Shown here in pieces: positions 1-10,673 of a stretch of DNA of 55,302 bases. Location of the stretch: contig JBPPMU010000216.1 of the NCBI GenBank assembly GCA_051306215.1, positions 1 to 55,302 on the forward strand, in the 5' to 3' direction. Below the pieces are notes generated by a model. That model had not been told where the DNA came from and did not search any database. It was given only the letters and a program-made list of their open reading frames with translations. The position numbers were made by a program, and so were the translations under genes. The stretch comes from Gemmatimonadaceae bacterium (GTDB lineage: Bacteria; Gemmatimonadota; Gemmatimonadetes; Gemmatimonadales; Gemmatimonadaceae). Every line of letters starts with the position of its first letter. The stretch's first letter is position 1.

Positions 1-792
1 TACAACTCGAAGGGCGCAAAGGCCGACGCGGTCGCGCTTCCTTCAGACCTGTTCGACGGCACGATCAACATGCCCGTCATGCACCAGGCGGTTAAGGCGT
101 TCCTTGCCAACAAGCGCCAGGGCAACGCTGCCACGAAGACGCGCGGGTTCGTCATCGGCGGCAACCAGAAGCCGTGGAAGCAGAAGGGAACCGGACGCGC
201 CCGCCAGGGCTCGACCCGCGCACCCCAGTGGGTGGGTGGCGGAACAGTCTTCGGGCCGACTCCCCGCAGCTACGCGCAGTACGTTCCGCGCAAGGTCAGG
301 GCGCTTGCCCGCAAGAGCGCATTCAACGCTCGCGCCCGCGAGAACGCGGTGGTCGTGATCGAGTCGTTCGATATCGAGGCACCGAAGACGTCAGCGCTCC
401 TGGCCCTGCTCACCGCGCTCGGAATCGCCGACAGGAAGGTTCTGATCCTCTCCGATGGAGTGAACCACAACCTCTATATGAGTGGCCGCAACCTGCCCCG
501 CACGCACGTCCTGCCTTACTCCGACGTCTCGACGTATCACCTCCTCTGGTCGGATGTCGTTCTCGTCGAGGCTTCCGCTTTCGGAACGAAGGTCACCGGA
601 GACGATGCCGAAGAGACAACGGAAGACGAGGGTGAATCGAAGCCGCGCAAGGCAGCCGCGAAGAAGGCAGTGAAGAAGTCTGCGGCGAAGAAGACCGGCC
701 GCAAGACCGTCGCGAAGAAGACAGTCGCAAAGAAGAGCACCGCCAGAAAGGCCGCGGCGAAGAAGTCCGCGGCAAAGAAGAAGGGGAAGTAA
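1..792 (+). CDS. rplD: 50S ribosomal protein L4 (5' partial) with acidic then Lys/Ala-rich C-terminal tail
   Basis: [30 protein letters not shown] motif; frame is open from base 1, so the true start lies upstream of the window. Confidence 0.97.
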   Translation, partial: YNSKGAKADAVALPSDLFDGTINMPVMHQAVKAFLANKRQGNAATKTRGFVIGGNQKPWKQKGTGRARQGSTRAPQWVGGGTVFGPTPRSYAQYVPRKVRALARKSAFNARARENAVVVIESFDIEAPKTSALLALLTALGIADRKVLILSDGVNHNLYMSGRNLPRTHVLPYSDVSTYHLLWSDVVLVEASAFGTKVTGDDAEETTEDEGESKPRKAAAKKAVKKSAAKKTGRKTVAKKTVAKKSTARKAAAKKSAAKKKGK

Positions 793-795
793 TCA

Positions 796-1083
796 ATGAG
801 CTCACTTCATCGCACAATCGTCCGCCCGATCGTCACCGAGCAGAGCTCGGCGGCTTATCAGGAGCGCGGCGAATATACGTTCCGCGTCGCCTCTGACGCG
901 ACGAAGACGACGATCCGCGCTGCCGTCGAGCAGCTTTTCGGCGTCAAGGTCACCGGCGTATGGACGTCGAACCAGCGCGGCAAGACGCGCCGGGTCGGGC
1001 AGTCGATCGGCCGCAGGCCGCATTGGAAGAAGGCCGTCGTGAAGCTTCGCGATGGTGACACCATAGACATCTTCGAGGGTTAA
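796..1083 (+). CDS. rplW: 50S ribosomal protein L23
   Basis: [23 protein letters not shown] motifs; S10 operon position. Confidence 0.97.
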   Translation: MSSLHRTIVRPIVTEQSSAAYQERGEYTFRVASDATKTTIRAAVEQLFGVKVTGVWTSNQRGKTRRVGQSIGRRPHWKKAVVKLRDGDTIDIFEG

Positions 1084-1088
1084 CGGTC

Positions 1089-1919
1089 ATGGGTGTTCGT
1101 CAGTTCAAGCCGGTGACCAAGAGCTCGCGTTTCCGCTCGGTCTCTGATTTCGCCGAGATCACGCGTACAACGCCGGAGAAGTCGCTGGTCGAGCCGCTCA
1201 AGAAGTCGGGCGGGCGCGACAATCATGGTCATATCTCGATGCGCCGCATCGGTGGTGGCCACAAGCGCCAGTACCGCATCATCGACTTCAAGCGCAACAA
1301 GCACGGAATGACCGCAACGGTGCAGCACATCGAGTACGATCCGAACCGCTCGGCGCGCATCGCGCTTGTCGAGTACGAGGACGGCGAGAAGCGCTACATA
1401 ATTCACCCGAAGGGACTTTCGGTCGGCGACAAGATCGTTTCCGGACCAGGCGCGGACACGCGCACCGGCAATGCGCTTCCGCTCCGCGAGATTCCCCTCG
1501 GCACCGACGTTCACAACGTCGAGCTGAAGCCGGGCAAGGGCGGGCAGGTCGCGCGCTCGGCCGGAACGTCAGTCGAAGTCGTCGCCAAGGAAGGCGAGTA
1601 CGTCACGCTCCGCATGCGCTCGACCGAAATGCGTCTCGTTCACGGGCTTTGCCTCGGAACGATCGGCGTGGTCGGCAACGCCGAGCACGAGCTTATGTCG
1701 CACGGCAAGGCCGGCAAGAGCCGCTGGCTCGGCAAGCGCCCGAAGGTGCGTGGTGAAGTGATGAACCCGGTGGATCACCCGCACGGCGGTCGCACGCGCG
1801 GCGGACGCAACGTGGTGAGCCCGTGGGGCAAGAAGGAAGGCGTCAAGACGCGCAACAAGAAGAAGCCGTCGGAGCGCCTCATCGTCCGCGGCCGCAAGCG
1901 CGGCAAAGCGACGAAGTAG
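1089..1919 (+). CDS. rplB: 50S ribosomal protein L2
   Basis: [38 protein letters not shown] motifs. Confidence 0.99.
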   Translation: MGVRQFKPVTKSSRFRSVSDFAEITRTTPEKSLVEPLKKSGGRDNHGHISMRRIGGGHKRQYRIIDFKRNKHGMTATVQHIEYDPNRSARIALVEYEDGEKRYIIHPKGLSVGDKIVSGPGADTRTGNALPLREIPLGTDVHNVELKPGKGGQVARSAGTSVEVVAKEGEYVTLRMRSTEMRLVHGLCLGTIGVVGNAEHELMSHGKAGKSRWLGKRPKVRGEVMNPVDHPHGGRTRGGRNVVSPWGKKEGVKTRNKKKPSERLIVRGRKRGKATK

Positions 1920-1941
1920 CTCAAACCAGGGATTCGTTTAA

Positions 1942-2253
1942 ATGGCGAGAAGCGTAAAGAAGGGCCCGTTCATTCAGGACGCCCTCATGAAGAAAGTGGA
2001 AGTGATGAACTCGAACAACGCGAAGAAGGTCATCAAGACCTGGGCGCGGTCGAGCACCATCATTCCCGACTTCGTCGGGCACACGTTCGCTGTGCACAAC
2101 GGCAACAAGTTCATCCCGGTGTACGTCACGGAGAACATGGTCGGCCACAAGCTTGGCGAGTTCGCTCCCACGCGCCTGTTCCGCGGGCACACTGGTGCGA
2201 AGGCCGTTGACAAGAAGGCCGGCGGCGTGCCGGCGGGCGGAGGCAAGAAGTAA
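1942..2253 (+). CDS. rpsS: 30S ribosomal protein S19
   Basis: [22 protein letters not shown] motifs. Confidence 0.99.
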   Translation: MARSVKKGPFIQDALMKKVEVMNSNNAKKVIKTWARSSTIIPDFVGHTFAVHNGNKFIPVYVTENMVGHKLGEFAPTRLFRGHTGAKAVDKKAGGVPAGGGKK

Positions 2254-2774
2254 TGGCGAAAAAAGAGAGCGCGGAGAAAAAAGCGGAGACCGCAGAGAAG
2301 GCCCGCCCTCCACGGAAGACCGCTGCGAAGAAGCCCACTGCGAAGAAGGTTGCGGCGAAGAAGGCTGCCGCTAAGTCAGCCGCTCCCCGTCGCGTTGCGA
2401 CCCAGGCGGAGCCGATCGCCGATGCGGTTGCGATCATGCGCGGCACGCGGCAATCGCCGTACAAGATGCGCCTCGTGATCGACCAGATCCGCGGCAGGAA
2501 CGTGAACGAGGCCCTCGGTCTCCTCAGGTTCTCGAAGAAGCACGCGGCGGTCCAGATCGAGAAGACGCTCAACTCGGCGGTCGCGAACGCGGAGCACGCG
2601 GCGCGGCAGAACAACGAGTCGCTCGACGTAGACACGCTCTACATCAAGCACGCGATCGTAAACGAGGGCCCGAAGATCAAGCGGTTCATGCCCGCCGCGC
2701 AGGGGCGAGCTACTCCAATTCAGAAGCGTACGAGCCACGTGCACATCGTGGTCGGCGCGAAGGAAGGCAAGTAA
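2253..2774 (+). CDS. rplV: 50S ribosomal protein L22 with Lys/Ala-rich N-terminal extension
   Basis: [41 protein letters not shown]; 1-bp overlap with rpsS. Confidence 0.97.
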   Translation: MAKKESAEKKAETAEKARPPRKTAAKKPTAKKVAAKKAAAKSAAPRRVATQAEPIADAVAIMRGTRQSPYKMRLVIDQIRGRNVNEALGLLRFSKKHAAVQIEKTLNSAVANAEHAARQNNESLDVDTLYIKHAIVNEGPKIKRFMPAAQGRATPIQKRTSHVHIVVGAKEGK

Positions 2775-3436
2775 TGGGACAGAAGACACATCCGATCGGC
2801 TTCCGGCTTGGGATCTCCAAGACGTGGAGATCGACCTGGTACGCATCAAACCGTGATTTCCCCGCGCTCCTGCGCGAGGACGAGCTGCTTCGCAACTACC
2901 TGAAGCAGCGGCTCGGTCACGCGGCGATCGCCGACATCCGCATCGAGCGGAAGCCGGGGAAGGTCGTCGTGACGATCCACACTGGGCGTCCCGGTGTCGT
3001 CATCGGAAAGAAGGGAACCGAAGTCGATCAGCTCCGTGACGAGCTCGCGCAGATCTCCGGCAAGGAAGTCGGAATCAACGTCGAGGAGATAAAGCGTCCC
3101 GAGCTCGATGCCCAGCTCGTCGCCGACAACATCGCGAACCAGCTTGCGCAGCGCATCTCGTTCCGTCGCGCCATGAAGCGCGCGGTCCAGAGCGCCATGC
3201 GCATGGGCGCCGGCGGGATCAAGATCAAGTGCGGCGGCCGTCTCGGCGGTGCAGAAATCGCGCGGACCGAAGGTTATCACGAGGGCCGTGTGCCGCTTCA
3301 CACGCTTCGTGCCGACATCGATTACGCGACGAGCACGGCGAAGACGACGTTTGGCACCATCGGCGTGAAGGTCTGGCTGTTCAAGGGCGAGATCGTCGAA
3401 GACCGCCGCGGCAAGACCTACTCGACCGGCGTCTGA
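2774..3436 (+). CDS. rpsC: 30S ribosomal protein S3
   Basis: [39 protein letters not shown]. Confidence 0.99.
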   Translation: MGQKTHPIGFRLGISKTWRSTWYASNRDFPALLREDELLRNYLKQRLGHAAIADIRIERKPGKVVVTIHTGRPGVVIGKKGTEVDQLRDELAQISGKEVGINVEEIKRPELDAQLVADNIANQLAQRISFRRAMKRAVQSAMRMGAGGIKIKCGGRLGGAEIARTEGYHEGRVPLHTLRADIDYATSTAKTTFGTIGVKVWLFKGEIVEDRRGKTYSTGV

Positions 3437-3441
3437 ATGCA

Positions 3442-3503
3442 GCCATTCGCTATTCGCTATTCGCCAGATGCGAACAGCAAACCGCTAACAGCAAACCGCT
3501 AGA
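3442..3503. repeat. Two opposed arrays of degenerate 7-nt repeats in the rpsC-rplP spacer
   Basis: GCCATTC-GCTATTC-GCTATTC-GCC followed by GCGAACA-GCAAACC-GCTAACA-GCAAACC-GCT; the arrays are imperfectly complementary. Confidence 0.8.
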
Positions 3504-3506
3504 ACA

Positions 3507-3924
<418 letters not shown>

Positions 3925-3932
<8 letters not shown>

Positions 3933-4224
3933 GAGCAAGGACATTCGCGAGCTGCGGGAGGCCGAGATCCAGTCGAAGATCGCCGAGCTGGAGGAGGAGA
4001 GATTCCGCCTCAAGTTCCGCGCGGGGACCGAGACTCTCGAGGATCCGCTCCGGCTTCGTGTAATAAGGAAGGACATCGCGCGGCTCAACACCGTGTTGCG
4101 CGAGAAGATCATCGGGATCGCCGAGGCAGGCACATCGGCGTCGCTCCCAAAGGCGGGTGGCGCAAAGACGCGCCGCATTCGCCGGAAAAAGTCGGGTGCG
4201 ACCCGCTCGAGCAAGAGGGGATAG
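3925..4224 (+). CDS. rpmC: 50S ribosomal protein L29 with basic C-terminal extension
   Basis: EEERFRLKF...[17 protein letters not shown]; ATG 3925 chosen because GGAGG lies at 3911-3915. Confidence 0.95.
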
Positions 4225-4230
4225 AACGAG

Positions 4231-4518
4231 ATGGCAGAGATAGCAGAAAGCGCAGAGAAAACTGTGAGCCGCCCGGCGCGCAAGTCGCGGGTGGGCCTCG
4301 TGGTGAGCGACAAGATGGAGAAGACCGTGGTCGTCTCGATCGAGCGCCGGGTGCAGCACCCGGTTTACGGCAAGATGGTCCGCCGGACGAAGCGCTTCAA
4401 GGCGCACGACGAGATGAACGAGGCGAAGACCGGCGACACCGTGCGGATCATGGAGACCCGCCCGATGTCGAAGGACAAGCGCTGGCGCATCGTCGAGATC
4501 GTCGAGCGGGCCCGATAG
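4231..4518 (+). CDS. rpsQ: 30S ribosomal protein S17
   Basis: [31 protein letters not shown]. Confidence 0.99.
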   Translation: MAEIAESAEKTVSRPARKSRVGLVVSDKMEKTVVVSIERRVQHPVYGKMVRRTKRFKAHDEMNEAKTGDTVRIMETRPMSKDKRWRIVEIVERAR

Positions 4519-4549
4519 TAACTACGCTCTCCCACACAGGAATTTTCCG

Positions 4550-4918
4550 ATGATTCAACAGGAATCGGTGGTCAAGGTCGCGGACAACTCGGGCGCGAAG
4601 ACGGCGCTCGTCATCCGCGTTCTCGGCGGCACCCGCCGGCGCTACGCCGGGCTCGGTGACGTCGTGATCGTGGCCGTGAAGAATGCGCTGCCGAATGGAA
4701 CCGTGAAGAAGTCAGAGGTGGCTCGCGGAGTTGTCGTCCGCACCGCGAAGGAGACGCGCCGCAAGGACGGCTCGTACATCCGGTTCGACGAGAATGCCAT
4801 CGTGATCATAAATGAAGCGGGCGAGCCCCGTGCGACTCGTATCTTCGGTCCCGTGGCGCGCGAGCTCCGCGAGAAGAAGTACATGAAGATCGTCTCGCTC
4901 GCTCCGGAGGTTTTGTAG
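4550..4918 (+). CDS. rplN: 50S ribosomal protein L14
   Basis: [30 protein letters not shown]. Confidence 0.99.
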   Translation: MIQQESVVKVADNSGAKTALVIRVLGGTRRRYAGLGDVVIVAVKNALPNGTVKKSEVARGVVVRTAKETRRKDGSYIRFDENAIVIINEAGEPRATRIFGPVARELREKKYMKIVSLAPEVL

Positions 4919-4919
4919 C

Positions 4920-5318
4920 ATGCGAGATCTGAAACACCGCAAGACGGCGAAGAAGCGCAGCAGGACCAGGCACGGCGTGAACGCCGAACGGCTCAAGCTG
5001 CACGTGACGAAGGGTGACACCGTCCGCGTGATGCGCGGCGACGACAAGGGCAAGGAAGGCAAGGTCATGCGGATCTATCCCAAGACCGGCCGCGTCCTCG
5101 TCGAGGGAATCAACCTCGTCAAGAAGCACCGCAAGGCACGTACGGCTGAAGAGCAGAGCGGCATCATCGAGATGGCTGCTCCCGTTCACTCGTCGAACCT
5201 CATGCTTCTCGACTCGAAGACAGGTGAGCCGACCCGCACCAGGGCCCGGATCGACACCGACGGAACGAAGGAGCGTGTCGGCGTTCACTCGGGGGAGCCG
5301 ATCCCCCGCACGCGCTGA
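4920..5318 (+). CDS. rplX: 50S ribosomal protein L24 with basic N-terminal extension
   Basis: KOW motif KGDTVRVMRGDDKGKEGKV; VLVEGINLVKKH. Confidence 0.97.
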   Translation: MRDLKHRKTAKKRSRTRHGVNAERLKLHVTKGDTVRVMRGDDKGKEGKVMRIYPKTGRVLVEGINLVKKHRKARTAEEQSGIIEMAAPVHSSNLMLLDSKTGEPTRTRARIDTDGTKERVGVHSGEPIPRTR

Positions 5319-5332
5319 CCGGAGACAGATAA

Positions 5333-6061
5333 ATGGCAACAGCAGAGAAGAAGGGCGGAAAGCCGGCGAAGGCCGCGAAGGCCGCGAAGGGCGGAGGCGC
5401 CCCGCCGCAGCAGCAGAAGAAGCCGAAAGGCGCCGACAAGAAGAAGGAGGAGTTCAAGCAGGGACCACACGCTGGCGTGGACCTGCCCGTACCGCCCCCG
5501 CGTCTCAAGGCGTACTACGAGAACACTGTTCGCGCGCGTCTCCAGGAGCAGTTCGACCTGAAGAACGTTCACGAGATTCCAACGGTCTCGAAGATCGTCG
5601 TCAACTGCGGCGTCGGCGAGGCGATCAAGAACCCGAAGGTTCTCGACGCTGTCATCGAGGAGCTCGCGATCATCACCGGTCAGCGACCGACCCGCCGCAA
5701 GGCGAAGAAGTCGATCGCCAACTACGGTCTTCGCGAGGGCCAGGAGATCGGCGCTGCAGTGACGATGCGTGGAGCCCGGATGTGGGAGTTTCTCGATCGC
5801 CTCATCACTGTCGCGATTCCGAGAATTCGCGATTTCCGCGGCGTGAACACGCGGTCGTTCGACGGCCGGGGCAATTACAGTCTCGGCGTGAAGGAGCAGA
5901 TGATCTTCCCCGAGATCAATTACGACATGGTAGATCAGATCCACGGGATGGACATCACGTTCGTCACGACGACGAACAGGGATGACATGGCGCTGGCGCT
6001 TTTGCGCGAGCTCGGCATGCCGTTCCGGGGCGACGACAAGCCAATCATCGTGCAGTCGTGA
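5333..6061 (+). CDS. rplE: 50S ribosomal protein L5 with Lys/Ala/Gln-rich N-terminal extension
   Basis: KIVVNCGVGEA, IPRIRDFRG, FDGRGNYSLG, IFPEI. Confidence 0.98.
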   Translation: MATAEKKGGKPAKAAKAAKGGGAPPQQQKKPKGADKKKEEFKQGPHAGVDLPVPPPRLKAYYENTVRARLQEQFDLKNVHEIPTVSKIVVNCGVGEAIKNPKVLDAVIEELAIITGQRPTRRKAKKSIANYGLREGQEIGAAVTMRGARMWEFLDRLITVAIPRIRDFRGVNTRSFDGRGNYSLGVKEQMIFPEINYDMVDQIHGMDITFVTTTNRDDMALALLRELGMPFRGDDKPIIVQS

Positions 6062-6100
6062 TGACTGACAGTAAAACCTTTCTGGTAGAGAGAGTAAGAG

Positions 6101-6286
6101 ATGGCGCGTAAGGCCATGGTAGAGAAGAGCAAGCGGAAGCCGAAGTTCCAGGTGCGGCAGCACAATCGCTGCCAGCGCTGCGGCAGGTCGCGCGCCTTCC
6201 TGAGAACATTCGGCGTCTGCCGGATCTGCTTCCGCGAGCTCGCACTTTCGGGACTTATCCCGGGCGTGCGCAAGGCGAGCTGGTAA
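6101..6286 (+). CDS. rpsN: 30S ribosomal protein S14, 61-aa zinc-binding (type Z) form
   Basis: RCQRCGR...CRICFRELA (two CxxC). Confidence 0.98.
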   Translation: MARKAMVEKSKRKPKFQVRQHNRCQRCGRSRAFLRTFGVCRICFRELALSGLIPGVRKASW

Positions 6287-6295
6287 ACAATAACC

Positions 6296-6340
6296 TTCTA
6301 CACGTCCACGGTACGTGGATACGGTAGAACGAGGGTAGAA
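6296..6340 (+). promoter_or_regulatory. Bulged hairpin directly upstream of the rpsH ribosome-binding site; possible regulatory leader
   Basis: TTCTAC (6296-6301) pairs with GTAGAA (6324-6329) around TCCACG-GTA-CGTGGA; a second GTAGAA at 6335-6340 abuts the SD-like GAGGG. Confidence 0.4.
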
Positions 6341-6345
6341 ACTGC

Positions 6346-6747
6346 ATGAGCATGACTGATCCGATCGCCGACATGTTGACGCGCATCCGCAATGCCTGCG
6401 GAGCGAAGCACCGCCGCGTCGACATGCCGGGTTCAAAGATGAAAGTGGAGATCGCCAGGATCCTGAAGGAGCACAACTTCATCCAGGATTTCCGGACACT
6501 CGAGGAGGAGAGCGGCCGCAAGACGCTTCGCGTTGTGCTCAAGTACGCGCAGGGCGGTCAGCCGGTCATCCGCGAGCTGAAGCGTGTTTCAACGCCCGGC
6601 CTCCGCAAGTACGTCGGCGTGTCAGAGATTCCGCGCGTCCGCAACGGCCTCGGCATGGCGATCCTCAGCACTTCGCAGGGACTCATGTCGGATCGCCAGG
6701 CGCGCCAGAAGCGCACCGGCGGCGAAATCCTCGCCCTCGTATGGTAG
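6346..6747 (+). CDS. rpsH: 30S ribosomal protein S8
   Basis: MTDPIADMLTRIRNA, RVSTPGLRKY, STSQGLMSD. Confidence 0.99.
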   Translation: MSMTDPIADMLTRIRNACGAKHRRVDMPGSKMKVEIARILKEHNFIQDFRTLEEESGRKTLRVVLKYAQGGQPVIRELKRVSTPGLRKYVGVSEIPRVRNGLGMAILSTSQGLMSDRQARQKRTGGEILALVW

Positions 6748-6810
6748 AGGCGCAGAGGGCTGGCGCCACGCAGAGTCACAGAGAACAAAACGCAACAGGT
6801 AATCGATAAA

Positions 6811-7350
6811 ATGTCACGTATAGGAAAAAATCCGATCTCTGTCCCGTCAGGAGTCAACATCACGGTCGACGGAAATCGCATAACTGTAAAAGGACCCAAG
6901 GGTGAGCTGTCACGGACCATTCCCGCCGAGATGATAGTCTCGCAGGAAAGCGGAACCGTGACGGTGAATCGCCCGAGCGACGACCCGAAGCACAAGGCGC
7001 TGCACGGCCTCTCGCGCACGCTCCTCGCCAACATGGTCGAGGGAGTCACGAAGGGCTTCTCCAAGCAGCTCGACATCGTCGGCGTCGGATACAAGGCTGA
7101 GACGCGTCCTTACGGACTGCAGCTCGCGCTCGGGTTCTCGCACGCTGTCGAGTACAAGGCGCCGAAGGGCATCACGCTCAAGGCACCGCTGCCGACGCAG
7201 ATAATCGTCGAAGGCGCGAACAAGGAAATCGTCGGACAGGTGGCAGCGGAGCTCCGCAGCCTCCGTCCACCCGAGCCGTACAAGGGCAAGGGAATCAAAT
7301 ACGCAGGCGAGCAGATCCGGCGTAAGGCCGGAAAGGCGGGAGGCAAGTAA
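6811..7350 (+). CDS. rplF: 50S ribosomal protein L6
   Basis: [22 protein letters not shown]. Confidence 0.99.
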   Translation: MSRIGKNPISVPSGVNITVDGNRITVKGPKGELSRTIPAEMIVSQESGTVTVNRPSDDPKHKALHGLSRTLLANMVEGVTKGFSKQLDIVGVGYKAETRPYGLQLALGFSHAVEYKAPKGITLKAPLPTQIIVEGANKEIVGQVAAELRSLRPPEPYKGKGIKYAGEQIRRKAGKAGGK

Positions 7351-7706
7351 TGGGAAAGACTGCTTTTACGAACACCCGCTCGTCGCTTCGCACGCGCAGG
7401 CACTTCCGCGTCCGCAAGAAGGTGAACGGAACCAGCGAAAGACCGCGTCTCGTGATTTATCGCTCGCTGAAGCACATCTACGCGCAGCTCGTCGACGACG
7501 TGTCGCAGCGCACGCTGATGACGGTGACCGATTCGGGTCTCGAGGGAAAGAAGACTGAAAAGTCCGCCGAGGTCGGCAAGAGAATCGCCCAGAAGGCGAA
7601 GGAAGCCGGCGTCACGAAGGTCGTATTCGACCGTGGCGGTTACAAGTATCACGGCCGCGTGAAAGCGGTGGCCGACGGAGCCCGCGAAGGCGGGCTGGAG
7701 TTCTAA
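7350..7706 (+). CDS. rplR: 50S ribosomal protein L18
   Basis: [38 protein letters not shown]. Confidence 0.99.
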   Translation: MGKTAFTNTRSSLRTRRHFRVRKKVNGTSERPRLVIYRSLKHIYAQLVDDVSQRTLMTVTDSGLEGKKTEKSAEVGKRIAQKAKEAGVTKVVFDRGGYKYHGRVKAVADGAREGGLEF

Positions 7707-7711
7707 CGGAA

Positions 7712-8533
7712 ATGGCTGAAAACGAAACTCAGGATAGCGCCCCCTCGGAAGAGCAGTCCTCTTCCGCCCCGGCACCCGCGGCTCGCAGCACGGGCGGCGG
7801 CGGCGGACGCAGCGCGCGCAGCGGCGGCGGAGCTGGCGGACGTGGCGGTCGCGGTGGCGGCGGTCGTGGCGGACCCGGCGGCGGACGTGGCGGGCAGGGT
7901 GGCGGCGGCCGTGGTGGCCCCGGTGGCGGTGGCGGGCGTGAAGGCGGCCAGAACCGCTCGCGTGACGGCAAGGGAGGTCGTGACGGCGGCCGCGGCGGCG
8001 ACAACCGCGGCGACGGCGGAAGCGAGCTCGTGGAGAACGTCATCGCGATAAACCGTGTCGCGAAAGTCGTAAAGGGTGGTCGCAGATTCTCGTTCAATGC
8101 CCTCGTCGCAGTCGGCGACGGCCAGGGCAAGGTCGGTTTTGCGACAGGCAAGGCGAACGAAGTATCGGAAGCGGTCCGCAAGGCAGTTGACGGCGCGCGC
8201 CGCAACATGGAGAAGGTCCCGATGACCGGCGGAACGATTCCGCACGAGGTCGTCGGCCAGCACGGCGCAGGCAAGGTTCTCATGAAACCCGCCGCTCCAG
8301 GCGCCGGTGTGATCGCCGGCGGTGCAGTTCGCGCGATCATGGAATGCGCGGGCATCTCCGACATTCTCACGAAGAGCCTCGGCTCGACAAACCCCCACAA
8401 CATGGTGCTGGCGGCGCTTGACGGCCTGAAGCAGCTCACAACAGTAGAAGAGATTGCACGCGAGCGCGGTGTCGAGGTGAGTTCCATCGGCTACCGCTCG
8501 AGAGCGAAAGTAAGGGAGACACAACTTGGCTAG
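7712..8533 (+). CDS. rpsE: 30S ribosomal protein S5 with ~100-aa Gly/Arg-rich N-terminal extension
   Basis: [39 protein letters not shown]. Confidence 0.98.
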   Translation: MAENETQDSAPSEEQSSSAPAPAARSTGGGGGRSARSGGGAGGRGGRGGGGRGGPGGGRGGQGGGGRGGPGGGGGREGGQNRSRDGKGGRDGGRGGDNRGDGGSELVENVIAINRVAKVVKGGRRFSFNALVAVGDGQGKVGFATGKANEVSEAVRKAVDGARRNMEKVPMTGGTIPHEVVGQHGAGKVLMKPAAPGAGVIAGGAVRAIMECAGISDILTKSLGSTNPHNMVLAALDGLKQLTTVEEIARERGVEVSSIGYRSRAKVRETQLG

Positions 8534-8837
8534 AACTCACGTATGGTGGAACACGAAGGGCCCGAAGTCGACTCCGAAGCAGGAGCTGACCACCGGCCGT
8601 GTTCGCATCAAACAGGTACGGTCGGGCATCGGGCACTCGTGGCGCATGCGCGCGACGCTCCAGGCTCTCGGCCTTCGCAACCATCAGGCGGAAGTGGTCC
8701 ACCAGGACTCACCCGCGCTGCGTGGTCAGATCAAGCGGGTGCGTCATCTTGTCGAAGTGACACCCGTTGACGACGAGGCGCAGACGGCTGCGCACGCAGA
8801 GACGCAGAAGAAGAAAAAGACAGGAAACGCAAAGTGA
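8526..8837 (+). CDS. rpmD: 50S ribosomal protein L30 with terminal extensions
   Basis: [10 protein letters not shown]...TLQALGLR...[13 protein letters not shown]; TTG start preceded by AGGGAG. Confidence 0.93.
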   Translation: MARTHVWWNTKGPKSTPKQELTTGRVRIKQVRSGIGHSWRMRATLQALGLRNHQAEVVHQDSPALRGQIKRVRHLVEVTPVDDEAQTAAHAETQKKKKTGNAK

Positions 8838-9328
8838 AGAAGAAATCAGAAGAGGTAGTCGAAACAGTCGAGCGCCTCGGGCTCCATAATCTCGTCCCCG
8901 CTCCGGGATCGCATCGCGATCGCAAGCGGCTCGGGCGCGGCCCGGGTTCAGGCACGGGCAAGACGTCGGGCAAGGGCCACAAGGGAATCAAGGCACGCGC
9001 TGGCCACCACGGCCCGGGCGGCGGCAAGCCGCATTTCGAGGGCGGCCAGATGCCGCTTACGCGACGTCTGCCGAAGCGCGGTTTCACGAATATCTTTCGG
9101 GTCGAGCATCAGGTCGTTCGGCTGAGCGATCTCGAGCGCCGCATGCCTGAAGGGTCCGAAGTGACGAGGGAGTCCCTCGTGAAGGCCGGCCTCATCAGTG
9201 CGCGCAAGGGTCCGGCAAAGGTGCTAGCCAATGGAGAGCTGTCCCGCGCAGTGACGGTCAAGGGAATCAGGATGAGCGCGGGCGCACGCGAGAAGATCGA
9301 AGCGGCCGGAGGCCGCGTAGAGGAGTAG
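8834..9328 (+). CDS. rplO: 50S ribosomal protein L15
   Basis: RLGRGPGSGTGKTSGKGHKG, FEGGQMPLTRRLPKRGF. Confidence 0.98.
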   Translation: MKKKSEEVVETVERLGLHNLVPAPGSHRDRKRLGRGPGSGTGKTSGKGHKGIKARAGHHGPGGGKPHFEGGQMPLTRRLPKRGFTNIFRVEHQVVRLSDLERRMPEGSEVTRESLVKAGLISARKGPAKVLANGELSRAVTVKGIRMSAGAREKIEAAGGRVEE

Positions 9329-9329
9329 A

Positions 9330-10661
9330 ATGGCACAAAACAACCCGGCAGCGGCGGTCCAGAACATCTACAGGACCCCCGAGCTGTGGCAGAAAATCGT
9401 CTTCACCTTCATGTGCCTGGTGCTATACCGCACCGGCGCGCACATCACGGTGCCCGGTGTCGACGTAGTCGCGCTGAAGGACTTTTTCGCGAATCAGGGC
9501 GCCGGCGGAATCCTCGGGCTTTACGATCTCTTCGTCGGTGGCGGCTTGTCGCGCGCGACGGTATTCGCGCTCGGCATCATGCCTTACATCTCGGCGAGCA
9601 TCTTCATGCAGATCGCCGGCGCAGTAGTGCCGACGATCGAGAAGATGCAGAAGGACGAGGAAGGCCGGAAAAAAGTGACGCAGCTCACCCGCTACTTCAC
9701 CGTGCTTCTGGCGGCGGTGCAGGGCTGGGGCTTCGCGCTCTTCACGCTTTCCCTCGAGAACGCAGTAATCCGCCCCGGTTTCGGGTTCCAGATCCAGATG
9801 GTCCTGTTCCTCGTGGCGGGCGCGATCTTCGTGATGTGGATCGGTGAGCAGATCACCGAGCGCGGCCTCGGCAACGGCGCCAGCCTCCTCATCTTCTTCT
9901 CGATCATCGAGAGGTTCTGGCCGGGAATCTTCAGCACCTTCAGGTTCGTGCAGACGCAGGCGGTCGGGCTCTTCTCGCTCCTCGTTCTCGGCATCGTCAT
10001 GCTTGCCGTTGTCGCCGGAACAGTCGCGATAACAATGGCTGCGCGGCGAGTGATGATCCAGATACCGCAGCGCACGATGGCCCGTGGCCGGATGCGCGAG
10101 GCGGCGAAGAACTTCATCCCGCTCCGCGTGAACTCGGCCGGCGTGATGCCGATCATCTTCGCGCAGTCGGTGATCATCGTCCCTGGCGCTCTTGCACAGT
10201 TCACCGGCAACCCGGCGGCGCAGCGTGCCTCCGAGTACATGCAGCCCGGTACCTGGCTCTACTACGTCATGTCGGCCGTGCTGATTGTGTTCTTCACATA
10301 CTTCTACACCTCGATCATCTTCAACCCGATCGACCTGTCGGAGAACCTCAAGAAGCAGGGCGGATTCATCCCCGGGGTAAAACCCGGCTCGAAGACCGCC
10401 GAGTACATCGATCACGTCGTGACTCGAATCACCCTTCCCGGAGCGGTTTTCCTCACGTTTATCGCGCTGCTTCCGGTCTTCATCGCCGATATGATAAACG
10501 TTCCGTTCCAGTTCGGCGGAACATCGCTACTGATCGTCGTCGGTGTCGCGCTCGATACGATGGCGCAGATCCAGCAGCACCTGCTTCTCCGCAAGTACGA
10601 CGGCTTCATGAAGAAGGGCCGCGTGCGTTATCGCGGACGCCAGGCGATGGGCGGCTTCTAG
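9330..10661 (+). CDS. secY: Preprotein translocase subunit SecY
   Basis: FALGIMPYISASI, GEQITERGLGNG, NSAGVMPIIFA, FGGTSLLIVVGV; about 10 hydrophobic segments. Confidence 0.99.
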   Translation: MAQNNPAAAVQNIYRTPELWQKIVFTFMCLVLYRTGAHITVPGVDVVALKDFFANQGAGGILGLYDLFVGGGLSRATVFALGIMPYISASIFMQIAGAVVPTIEKMQKDEEGRKKVTQLTRYFTVLLAAVQGWGFALFTLSLENAVIRPGFGFQIQMVLFLVAGAIFVMWIGEQITERGLGNGASLLIFFSIIERFWPGIFSTFRFVQTQAVGLFSLLVLGIVMLAVVAGTVAITMAARRVMIQIPQRTMARGRMREAAKNFIPLRVNSAGVMPIIFAQSVIIVPGALAQFTGNPAAQRASEYMQPGTWLYYVMSAVLIVFFTYFYTSIIFNPIDLSENLKKQGGFIPGVKPGSKTAEYIDHVVTRITLPGAVFLTFIALLPVFIADMINVPFQFGGTSLLIVVGVALDTMAQIQQHLLLRKYDGFMKKGRVRYRGRQAMGGF

Positions 10662-10673
10662 GCCGCCTGTCGC

